Origin: Chrysemys picta bellii
Taxonomy: Eukaryota
Direction of reading: 5' to 3'
Length of the DNA stretch: 64,000 nt
Assembly (NCBI RefSeq): GCF_011386835.1
Contig: NC_088799.1
Span: 99,076,001-99,140,000, forward strand
Shown here: positions 50,561 to 61,064 of the stretch, in pieces
Layout of the letters: each line of letters begins with the position of its first letter
Position numbering within the stretch: position 1 is the stretch's first letter
Notes under the pieces: model-generated
The model's database searches: none
Told to the model about the DNA's origin: nothing
Seen by the model: the letters and a program-made list of their open reading frames with translations, nothing else
Made by a program: the position numbers and the translations under genes

Positions 50561-52304
50561 GGCATGATATAGACCCAAAATCCTACTCCTGGGAGCAAGA
50601 GAGTAGTCTGGCTGCAGCTCTGAGCCATGGAGCTCAAGGAACAGACTTCCACAGACTGGAGTCAAACTCTGGGCTATATTGACTTTTGCTGGTATATTCC
50701 AGGGCATGATGTGGTGAAAATTCCACCCACAGATGGCATGCACTGGTGCAAAGCTCCTGCAAACACTTCTCCACCAAGAAGTCCACAGCCAGGCAGTGCA
50801 GCTCGTAAGGACAGTGGTTTGACCCAAGAGATAGCCAGGTGGCTGCCGCAAGGAGCTCTGACTGTAGTGAATGTATGGGTGGAACCCCAAGAAGAGCAAC
50901 AGTGCAAAATCTCCAGAGGGCCTGGGCAGAATCCACCAAGGGTGAAGCAATTTTTACCAACACGGGTGAATCAGGCCCCATTTCTGTGTATTGGATTTAT
51001 TAGTTATCTAGGGGATTTTTCATTCTTGAATCAGATTTTCTAGGTAAACACACACCTGCCAAAACTCAAGGATGCAACCCAAAAGATTCTTGCATCTTTT
51101 GAAAAGCCAACTTACTGGTTAACTACCCTTTGTCATTCAGACTGAAGCTGGTAAATGCTGGTATCATTAGAGAGAATGCTTCATAAGAAAGATTTTAGCT
51201 AGAAAAATAAAACAGAGTGAAATCTTCAAACATACAGCTTAATGTTTGTAATATCTGAAAGATTAAGTCAGGGTTTTGTTGGTTTTTTCAGTTAGAGAAA
51301 AACAGTGCTGCATCTATAGACATTTCAAATTACTTAAAATAATTGTGTCTCAGTAGCTTACAAAGGGAATGATTACATAAAACGTAACAATTGTGTTACT
51401 TATTACCCTTGACTTTGCTTCAATAAGGGTCATTCTAGTGAAATATTTCATTTGGTATTATGTTGGTCTTCATCAAGCTATTTTTTGAAGCAATCTGTGA
51501 ATCTTAAAACATTTGTTTCTTTGTGCTACCAAAAAATAAATAAAATAAAATAAAGAGAGACAGTGTTGGTTTGTTCCCTTTAATATGTAGCAGATTATTC
51601 TAGCATTCTGCTAACCCCTTAAGAGAAAAGGAAATATAAGAAAGATTCACAGTAATTTCACTGAAAACTTCCCCTTTTCACTTTCTCAGTCCTTCATAGT
51701 GTTAATTTCTCAAAGTTTGTTTCTTGGGCAGAGAGGATACAAACCATAATATTTTGAAAAACACGTTTACACCACTATCCTGTAAATTATTTTCTTTGAT
51801 TTGAATGAACAAGATAAACCATACCTGGTACACTTAACACTTTCTTATTTTACAATTCTTTTCAGCAGTATAATTCAAAACATGCCCATATATTTACATG
51901 TAAAAAGTCAGCCTTCTTGTATCTCTCACATCCATTTTTGGTCCTAAATTTAGCAACTGCTATAAGGCAAAAGGACCAAATTCTATGCTGAATTATACCC
52001 AGTGCCATGCTATTTAAGTCAATGGGTTTGCAATAGCTAGTAAATCAGCCTTAAAACTGAAAACATACAACCTTTGTACACCTCTTACCCATGTGACTAG
52101 CCTCCTTGACTTTTCAGATTACAGGTGGCATTGTGGGACATGAATTAGGACTTCTGTGTTTGGAACATTTTGAGGACTACCACAATCTAACATGTGCAAG
52201 GTCTACCTGCCTGCATAAGGATGGCAGGATTGGATCAAATTTGGCCCTTAGTATGATCCTACTGGGGTTTTTTTCCAAAAGGAAAGAATTATGCTTTCCT
52301 GATA

Positions 52305-52425
52305 GGTTTCAGAGTAACAGCCGTGTTAGTCTGCATCCGAAGAAGTGGGCTGTAGTCCACGAAAGCTTATGCTCTAATAAATTTGTTAGTCTCTAAGGTG
52401 CCACAAGTACTCCTGTTCTTCTTTT
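52305..52425 (+). mobile_element. Mini Penelope-like insert (121 bp): inverted tail plus sense pLTR end
   Basis: Perfect 13-bp TSD TGCTTTCCTGATA (52292-52304, 52426-52438); 52333-52425 identical to the pLTR end of the 8571 element. Confidence 0.93.
52333..52372 (+). ncRNA. Minimal type I hammerhead motif, identical to 9049-9088
   Basis: gcat-CCGAAGA-a-gtgggctgtagtccac-GAA-AGCT-T-atgc. Confidence 0.75.
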
Positions 52426-52757
52426 TGCTTTCCTGATATGGACTCTAACCTGCTAGCTGAATAAATCCAATTATCTGCAGGCTGGTGTTCCCACATGAAA
52501 AAGGTATGTGGGCTGTGACAAAGAAGCTCAGAGGTTCAACAGGTAAACACTTTCCTAATGGCTAAACTAACAACTTCATCCTATACTGTAATGCAGTCTT
52601 TCTTGGTTGTTAGGGCTACTATTTATTATGAAGAACTTATTGTATTAATATACTGAAATTCCTGAAAATTCTATATCGGGATGAATTTCTGTGGTCAACA
52701 GCTGTGCTGAACCAAGAATCATGTCATGGGTTGAGTGGCTTTCATTACAGTTGTTGC

Positions 52758-52885
52758 TGTGAAGTGGTTACAGAGTGCCTGGTTCAGAGAGGACCAGAAT
52801 GTGTTGCAGCAGGGAACTTAAGACACATGGGAACTTCCTGGTCAGGGAGTTCTCTGATTGCTACTTAAAGCATGGCTCTTTTTCT
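52758..52885 (+). repeat. Gypsy 5' LTR (recognisable part)
   Basis: tgtgaagtggttacagag...cagagaggaccagaatgtgttgc...tcagggagttctct...aaagcatggctcttt aligns to 57866-58000. Confidence 0.8.
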
Positions 52886-53333
52886 TTGTGCCCTAAGAAG
52901 CGAGTGAATCTTTTTCCCTAAAGGAGGATTAAAGGAAAGAAGAGAGACCTCCGCAGATTGCCAGAGTCGTGAATAAGTGGAAAATCAGGGCGGAGACCTG
53001 TGAAAGCTGCAGCAAAGAGGAGGCAGAGCCAGGAGCCACAGAAGCGCCCTAAAAGTGGTGGGGGCACCAGCACCCGAACCATGGCCCTTCCCACCAACTC
53101 CCAACCCTCACACTGCCCCTTCCCCCAATGCATTGCCTCCACACTCCCCATTCCCTCCAAGCCCTGCTCTAGCACTGCCCCTCCCCCCATGACCACACCC
53201 CCCAGTCACTCCTCTCCGCCCTGTCCACCCAATTGCTGGCCCTTACAGCCAGAAAAAAGTGGGAGGGCATAGCCATGCCCCCACCCCTACCCCATTCCAG
53301 CATCCCGGGGCAGAGCCCTGTCTTAATGCAGCA

Positions 53334-54110
53334 ATGGAACCCACAGCACAGACAGCTCTGTTCAAGAAGTTTGAGTTTGGCAACCCAGGAGTTGGTCTTG
53401 CTGGATTTGGACCTTTGAGTGATTCCGGTTGGCTTCTGGTTTAAACAAAAAAAGCACAAGAATGCCAAGTAAATGCCCTGGTATTTGCCATGGGTGATGC
53501 CGATGATGATATCCTATGTGCTCTACCCCTCACTGATGAGGAGAAGAAAGAATACACTAAGCAGAGGAGGCTTTTGACGTCCATTTCATTTGCAGACAGA
53601 TTATTATAGATGAAAGGGACAAATTTAACAGGAGGTACCAGGAACAAGGAGAAACAATGAAGATGTTTATTACTGCACTTCATAATCTTGCTGAACATTG
53701 CAAATATGGAATTTTAGAAGAAGAACTAATAAGCGACAGAGTAGTTGTTGGCATAAGAGACATCAATTTATCAGCCCAGCTTCAGGTAGACCCAGATCTC
53801 ACACTAGAAAAGGCTATAGCAAAAGTGAGAATGCAAGAAACCATAAAGAAACAGCAATGCAACTTACATGTTAGCAGCATAGGGGAGACTGCATCAGACA
53901 ATACTGACCCAGTATAGAGAAAAGACACAACTGTGAAAGGAGCAGGCAGACCAAATTTACAACATAAGAACGGGATTCCAAAGAACGTTCATAGAAGGGA
54001 AAGTTGGAAGAGTTGTGGAAGATACCAACAATATCCAGCTAAAGAGGCAGAATGCAGGAGAAGCCAGAAAATGGGACATTTTGCAACAACGTGCAGTCAC
54101 CAAGAGTAGT
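53334..54110 (+). pseudogene. Gypsy gag remnant with CCHC knuckle
   Basis: FEFGNP..FRLASGL..QVNALVFAMGD; FITALHNLAEHCKYG..EELISDRVVVGIRD..LSAQLQVDPDLTLEKAI; PAKEAECRRSQKMGHFATTC (one Cys lost). Confidence 0.85.
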
Positions 54111-54189
54111 AGAAACATTCCATGAGGGAGTGTTAGCATCAGATGACAATGAGTCCATACTTCTAAGGACAACAACCTCAATAGAACAG

Positions 54190-54490
54190 ACACCACGTTG
54201 GTACGCAAGCATGAATCTAGATGCTTGAAACCTTCAATTTAAAATTGATACTAGGGCAGCAGTCACTGCGATTCCCAGAAAAGTTATCATCAATCCGGGG
54301 GTGGAGCTCTTGAAAGAGATTCTGTGTGTGGCTAGTAACAATATATTGGATGTTCGTGCCCAGTTCCTTGGGGAATTGGAGAAAGACAAAGTTCTTCAAC
54401 AACTAATATATGTAAATATAAGGACTGACAAATCCCCTACTAGTGTTACCAGCAATACTGGGATTACAATTAGTTGAGCAACTGGAATGC
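54190..54490 (+). pseudogene. Gypsy aspartic protease remnant
   Basis: QFKIDTRAAVTAIP (DTGA changed to DTRA). Confidence 0.8.
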
Positions 54491-54512
54491 ATTAAAAAGC
54501 AAACTATACAGG

Positions 54513-55602
54513 TGTGAAATCTCCCTCAGATCTGCGAGCCACTGTGCTACTGCTCTTTGCTGTTGCTAAGTAATGTGCCACTCCCTGACACACAAGCTTG
54601 TTGGTCTTGCCAGCAAACTCTTCAGGACTCTGCCAGTCCAAACCTTGCCTTGCAGGTAACAGTCAGTGAACCCCAGTTCCTGAGTTCCCCAGAGACATCT
54701 CTCTGCAGTGTCCAGTCCCTCTCACTGCATACTCACAGAAGTTATCAAGTTTGCTGCCTCCAGAGAGACAGAGCACACACCAGCATGGTAGTGTCACTGC
54801 AGAGCCACCCTTCAGTTTAATACGCACCACTGATAATTTTGTTTTATTACAAAACCCTAAGTTTATTAACAAAGAACAGAGATGTAAGTAAGAATAGAAG
54901 AGACAGATGTGTTTACAAGTAAAACAGAACAAAACCCGCTTTCTGGTGACTTTAGGCAAGTTACAAACGTTGTCAAAGCAGGTTTCTCACCTATAATCAG
55001 TTCTAGAGACTTCAACTCCCTCGGCTGAAAGATCTGCCCTTCTCAGATTTCAAGAGCTCTGGTCTCTTTTTTTCCATCCAGTGATGGATGCCAAAATGGC
55101 TTTATGTTTCTGCTGATAGCTCCCAAAGTTCAATGACCCTGTTTAAGAGGCAGGATGGCTTTCTGGGGGTACAGTCTCCATCCTCGTTTGTGATTGTTAA
55201 GTGAGCGTCTCCCCCACTTGCTTGCCTGAGGGCTTTGTTTACCTTATATGTAAATATACTTTTCATTGTCTTTGGTCTCACCTGTCTTAATTTACATTGG
55301 AGAAAGAGTCAAGCAGGCAAAACAACATTCCTTTGTGTAGGGCAGGCTGGGCTTAGGTGCTGCCCGCGAACCACATTTTAGGAATCTATTTCCAGTATAA
55401 TACTTTATACATCACCCATAGATACATCATGTAATAATATTAATAACCAGCGTGTCACCAATTTGCATATGATCTCTTACATGACACCATTTGGATACAG
55501 ATTAAGACAGTAGTGTGTTAGGACAATGCGTGTCAGGCCTGATGTGAGTTATGGTATGGTGTGCCCTCTGTCAGCTGGTACCGAGGGGCTCTCTGGGTCA
55601 CA
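54513..55602 (-). mobile_element. Solo LTR (~1.09 kb) of another family nested in the Gypsy pol
   Basis: TG..CA termini (tgtgaaat / gggtcaca); minus-strand AATAAA near 54862; no matching TSD (acagg vs atagc). Confidence 0.78.
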
Positions 55603-55639
55603 ATAGCAGATGTATCCATACATATTCACAGGCTACAAA

Positions 55640-56200
55640 AGCTGTCAGGGGAGTACAAAATAAAATTGGTGACATCAGCAACTGACCTTACCTGAATCCG
55701 AAGACATTTTTGCTGTAAGAAGATTCCTGGGCATGACCAATCATTTTTGAAAATTCTTACCAAATTTAAGTCATGTAACAAAACCCTTTAGGTATCTTCT
55801 TAATGGTCGCAATACGTGGCTTTGGGGGAGCGCACAACAAAATGCATTTAATAAAATAAAAAACTATTGACAACTCCACCTGTTTTGGCACAATACTTGG
55901 TAAACTTATCCAACAACAGTACCAGTGGCTGCATCTTCCTATGGTTTAGGAGCAGTGTTCACACAAAAGCAGCCTTGAGACTAGAGACCTGTTGCATTTG
56001 TATCAAGAAGCCTCACGGAAACCAAACATCAGTAAGCTCAAGTGGACATGGAAGCTCTAGCAGTCACTTGGCCTTGTGAATGGCTCGGTGCATATCTGTT
56101 TGGTTTGGATTTTAACATAGAAACAGAGCACAAACCCTTAGGGGTATTATTGGGATCAAAACAACTGGATGACCTTCCACCTAGAGTGGACTACAGCTGA
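55640..56200 (+). pseudogene. Gypsy RT thumb/connection and RNase H remnant
   Basis: VRRFLGMTNHF*KFLPNLSHVTKPFRYLL..W.WG..QQNAFNKIKKLLTTPPVLAQY; AASSYGLGAVF..RPVAFVSRSLTE..EALAVTW..ETEHKPL. Confidence 0.88.
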
Positions 56201-56389
56201 TGTGATGTTCTTCAACGTCGTAGACATACCAGGGAAGACACTCAAAGCAGCAGATGCTCTATAGAATCCCAATTAAGCAACCACCAATGGAAGATGAAAA
56301 GGCTTTAGAGAAAGATGTCAAAGTTTACTCTGACCTTGTGCTGGCAGCAATTCCAGCATCTGCCAGCCAACTTCAGCAAATCAGAGATG

Positions 56390-57420
56390 AATAACTAAAG
56401 GATGAGACTTGCCAGAAACTTACTCAATTCTTCCAAAGAGGATGGGGTCAAAGGAGTCAGCTTTCAACAGACCTTCTATTATATTGGCAGACCCAAAACG
56501 ACCTTCACGTGGCCGATGGTCTGCTTTCTGAAAGGACAGCAGATTTTTATCCCTACAATATTTCAGAAAGAGATGCTCTCCAAAATCCATTAGGGACATC
56601 AAGGCATAAAAAAATGAAGGGCAAGCACAACAATCCATATGGTGTCCCAGTCTGAGAAGGCAAATTCAGTCTTTATTAAAAGGCTGCATGGAATGAAACA
56701 AGGAAAATAATAACCACCAAACCATTACCTTCTACAAAGCTACCTGACAGATCTTGGCAGCGAGTAGCAACAGATTTGTTTTTCTGGAATTGGCACACAT
56801 GCATTATTGTAGTTGATTACTTCTCCAGATATATTGACTTGGTTTTACTTACACAGACTTCATTGGCATAGGTCATCCAGAAACTAAAGTCAGTATTTGC
56901 AAAACATGGTGTCTCTAAAATCCTCATATCAGATAGGTTTCAGAGTAGCAGCCGTGTTAGTCTGTATCCGCAAAAAGAACAGGAGTACTTGTGGCACCTT
57001 AGAGACTAACAAATTTATTAGAGCATAAGCTTTCGTGGACTACAGCCCACTTCCGAAGAAGTTAGTCTCTAAGGTGCCACAAGTACTCCTGTTCATATCA
57101 GATAATGGACCTCAATTCACCTGTGAAACATTCTTAGCATTTACAGCTTTGATTTTGAACAGCATACTAGTAGTCATATTTCTCCCAGAGGAATAGGGTG
57201 GTGGATGGAGCATGTAGACTTTAAAAAGTCTTCAAAAAAAAAAATCAGTGGACCCATATAAAACGCATCTGGCGTATCAGTACCGATACAAGTGGTGTTG
57301 ACAATCTCCAGCAGATCTTTTAATGAGAAGACTACTAAGGACTCCTTTACCTGTGGCACCAATATAGCTTAAACCTACGTGGCTCAACCTGAAAATGGGA
57401 TCCATCCAAAATAAAAGTTT
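56390..57420 (+). pseudogene. Gypsy integrase remnant (split by a PLE insert)
   Basis: GHQGI; LPDRSWQRVATDLF..IVVDYFSRY..KLKSVFAKHGV.KILISD|NGPQF. Confidence 0.88.
56936..57092. mobile_element. Mini Penelope-like fold-back insert (157 bp)
   Basis: 12-bp TSD TCATATCAGATA (56924-56935, 57093-57104); 34-bp perfect inverted arms 56977-57010 / 57061-57094 made of pLTR sequence. Confidence 0.95.
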
Positions 57421-57865
57421 GGCACAGAACAAAAACACTATGTGAACCAAAAATCAGGTTTTGATCAAAAACTCTGACACATTAGGGACTGTTTGAAACC
57501 AGGTAGAAACTCCTAGATACAACCTAGTGGAGACTTCAAAGGTACATCTCTGGAGGAATTGGATTCTTCTTCCATATTTCCCAACAGAGAGAGGGTCTGG
57601 GGCCTGCAGATACTCTGTCAGTGAGTCCCCTGCCCAAAGAACTCAACACACAAACTCAACGGAAGTGAGAACACAGTCTGGAAGATTGTTCAGATTCCCT
57701 TGAAGATTTTATCTTTACATTACTGCACAGGACTATTTAAATGGAATAAATAAGGGAACATAGTAATATAAATAATTATAAATAATTTGAGGTTTATTTT
57801 TAATTATTTGTATATACATTGGTTTATAATTAAAGTTTTGATCTTTTATTATAAAGAAAGGGAGA

Positions 57866-58000
57866 TAAGGAGTAGTTATAGAGCTCCTGGTCTTTCACAA
57901 TTACCAGAGAGGACCAGGATGTGTTGCCGCAGGAAGCTAAAACTTGGGCACTTCCTTCTCAGGGAGTTCTCTAGTTGCTCCTCAAAGCATGGCTCTTTCT
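57866..58000 (+). repeat. Gypsy 3' LTR (recognisable part)
   Basis: Immediately follows the polypurine tract; aligns to 52758-52885 at roughly three-quarters identity by eye. Confidence 0.8.
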
Positions 58001-58189
58001 CTGTATGTCTCACACTGCAGTTCTCTCACATAAGAATGCTGGTAAGATATATCCAGATGCAATATGGCAATGATGCTTCCACTTCAAAAGCAAAATTGTA
58101 AAAACTATATGCCAATCTAGCAGTATGTGGGCACAGTGTGATCAGAGTTTAATATTCTTCCGTACAGAGACAGAACCCTCATTAACACC

Positions 58190-58300
58190 TCACTTCTCCC
58201 ATCTGTAAAATGGGGATAATGTTACTCTCTTTGGTAAAGTGATTTGAGATCTACAGATAAAAGAGTACTACATAAGTGCAAGATGTTATTGATGTTCTTA
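58190..58300 (+). mobile_element. MIR/CORE-SINE-like 3' fragment
   Basis: ccccatctgtaaaatggggataatg...gatttgagatctacagataaaag. Confidence 0.6.
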
Positions 58301-58329
58301 CTTATTAGTTAATTATAATACTACCTAGC

Positions 58330-58535
58330 TATTATATAGCACTTATCAGTAGATCGCAAAGCTCTTTACAAAGGAAGTCAGCATCATTAACCCCATTCCA
58401 CAGATAGGTAAACAAACAGAGAGGTGAAGTTACATGCCCAAGGTCACCCAGCAGGCTAGTGGCAGAACTGGAAATAGAACACAGGTCTCTAGAGTCCAAG
58501 GCCAGTTCTCTATCCACTAGGCAACGCTGTCTCCC
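58330..58535 (-). mobile_element. MIR/CORE-SINE-like element
   Basis: agctctttacaaagg...gagaggtgaagttacatgcccaaggtcacccagc...tccactaggcaacgctgtctccc. Confidence 0.65.
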
Positions 58536-58642
58536 TATTACAACTACCATTAATAGGCATTATGTATCTTAGGAGTCAATATTACTTCCTGCTTCTCATA
58601 TCATCATGAAATGAGTCATAACATAGGTATGTCATCGTATAG

Positions 58643-58975
58643 CAGTGTTTCCCAAACTTGGGACGCCGCTTGTGTAGGAAAAGCCCTTGGCAGGCCAGGC
58701 TGATTTCTTTACCTGCCGCGTCTGCAGGTCTGGCCGATCGCGGCTCCCACTGGCCATGGTTCGCTGCTCCAGGCCAATGAGAGCTGCGGGAAGTGGTGGC
58801 CAGTAAGTCCCTCGGCCCGCGCTGCTTCCAGCAGCTCCCATTGGCCTGGAGCAGCGAACCACGGCCAGTGGGAGCCGCGATCGGCCGGACCTGCGGACGG
58901 GGCAGGTAAACAAACAGGCCCGGCCCGCCAGGGGCTTTCCCTACATAAGCAGCGTCCCAAGTTTGGGAAACACTG
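58643..58975. mobile_element. hAT (Charlie-like) palindromic MITE, CpG-rich
   Basis: TIR cagtgtttcccaaacttgggacgc / gcgtcccaagtttgggaaacactg; whole element largely self-complementary; flanking GTATAG direct repeat (6 bp, not a full 8). Confidence 0.85.
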
Positions 58976-60335
58976 GTATAGATCTCAGCATAGACGAAGT
59001 AACCTCAGTTCTCAAGAATTAATGCACAGCTTTAAAGTGACTCACAAAAGAAGCATATATTACTTTATAGGTTTCTCTGTAAAATTATCTATACCTCTTT
59101 GAGACATGGTTTAAAGAAAGAGTCTGCAGGACATAATTCATATCAGGTAAAAATACAACAATCTTTAGGGAAGCTCTCCTTAAAGGCAGCAAAAACCTTC
59201 AGAAGTACTTCCCACTAGAAGAAAAAGACTCTTGCCTCAGTGACAGAGAATAATCATCTCCTTACAAGCACTTGCTCAGTGACTGCTGGATTTAACAAGT
59301 TTCAAAGTGTCAGGCTTTCCTTTGGAAGAGAAGAGGAGTTACAGATGCAAAGCAAAATCCACATTGTCTCTCTTGGAAAAAATAGTACTTGTTAAGGTGA
59401 TGGGGAGAAAAATAATCTATTATGAAGGGGAGAAAAAAGCCCAGAAATGTGAAAGTGATGGGTCTGTTTGTTCAACACACAAAACTACATGTATTCTGAT
59501 TGCCAAACACAATCTGACTAATTAAGAGAAGGTCAGCTGACCAAATAACCTTGACTTTAGTTTTCTGAACTATTGACTGGTTCAGAGTTACTTGGTACCA
59601 AAGCCCCTCCTCTATATTTATGGTTATTGATGTTATCCCTCATACGTCCGAGCTTGCAAAGCATGAATAGAATAACAGAGACAATATTGTTTGTTCCTCC
59701 CAAAATAATGTCAATGTGAATTTCTACTTGGATTCATATTTGCTAGCTAATGGTATTTTACACCTGGTGTTTCATAGCTAAAACTGGTCCCCAAAAAAAT
59801 TGAATTTCCACGCTGGGAACTTCAGAGAGTTTGACATTTGATTTCATCCAAAATTAGGATAAAAAGTCAAAATCTCAGAATTTTTTGTAAAACAAAATTT
59901 TAAAATGTTCATTTTGCTCTTACCTTAACATTTTATTTCAATTTTTTCTGATACGGTCAAAACATTTCATTGTTATCCTTTTGTCTTATTTTATAATAGA
60001 TCGTGTTATACATTATAATCACATATAGATTACGTTATACATTATAACAAAAGTCAAAATGAAACATTTTTCTACAAAATCAAGACATTCCCTCCAAAAC
60101 ATTTAGATTTAGTCACATCAGCATTTTTCAATGGAAAACTCTTTCACTGAGAAATTTTCGAGATAGTGGAGAAATCAGAAAAAATGTGGATTCAGCGGGC
60201 TCTATTAGAATTCTGAAACTGGACTACACACAAAACTCTTACCAATCAGTAACCACACGGGGCCAAATTCTGCATTGAAGATCCACCTCTCCCACGCATG
60301 CAGCCCCATCCATTGATTTAAATCACACAGGGTGC

Positions 60336-60450
60336 AAGTCAGTGCAGATTACAGCATACTTCTTAACATGCCTTATTCAGCTTCTGGTTACATCACTGTC
60401 TGATGTAACCAGAAGCTGAATAACGCACGTTAAGAAGTATGCACTGACTT
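60336..60450. repeat. Near-perfect inverted repeat (hairpin), origin unknown
   Basis: 60354-60395 pairs with 60401-60442 (40/42; inner 23 bp perfect), 5-nt loop ctgtc; a further 11 bp (60336-60346 / 60440-60450) pairs across a bulge. Confidence 0.95.
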
Positions 60451-61064
60451 TCTTCAAAGCTCCTCTTGAAGAAAGGTTGCACTTCAAGAAGCCTGCCACC
60501 CCCACTCTGCCACAAAAAGCACCTGCAATCTCTGCTTCAGTCTCTGCAAATGGACAGCACTAGCGAAGGAGGGGGTATGTCCTAGATAGCCAGGGAAATA
60601 GCTGATTCCATATATCTTCCAGGCAGTTTCCACCAATGGGTTTCCATGGAATGCTCAACATGACTGAAAGTGGTCCTCTCCTCTTGGAACCCCTGGGGGA
60701 GGATAGCAGTGCAAAGAGCCTCCTCCCTGCATGAATCCTCCCTGGTGCCTGACTCAGGGAACAGCAATTCTCTCCCTGTAAATACAAATTAGTCAAAATC
60801 AATGCAATTTGGTCTGGTTTTATTTCAGCAAGAAGCACAGTTGGAGCTAGCAGCAAAGAGCAAAGTGAGTCTTCTTCTGAACTGAACACTCCAATATGAA
60901 GGCATGATGCAATCTACTGATTTTGTCTTGGCATCATCCTAAAATATGCACCCAGTGGGCCAGATTCCCAGCTGGTGTATCTATTAACTTCAATGGAACT
61001 ACACTGATTCCAGAGGCTCTGGTCCTTATATAGAACATCCCTGAATAGCATCCCTGAATAGCAT

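Larger units (their letters stand above)
52758..58010 (+). mobile_element. Decayed Ty3/Gypsy LTR retrotransposon with nested insertions
   Basis: Diverged direct repeats at both ends, PPT aaagaaagggaga (57853-57865), and domain order gag-protease-(RT)-RNase H-integrase, with many stops and frameshifts. Confidence 0.92.

Noticed and set aside
50780-50880. RQPPGY resembling Copia RT
   Set aside because: Neighbouring Copia motifs (AFL.G, LYGLKQ, YVDD) are absent.
52139-52153. GHELG in ORF 52106..52396 resembling a metalloprotease zinc site
   Set aside because: HExxH is incomplete (HELGL), there is no good donor, and the ORF runs into a PLE insert.
60429-60563. Protein-like frame VKKYALTFFKAPLEERLHFKK...SANGQH*, faintly like the 2OG-dioxygenase FF.LP.EEK motif
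   Set aside because: Only 44 codons, an upstream in-frame stop, no ATG or acceptor, and it begins inside the hairpin arm.
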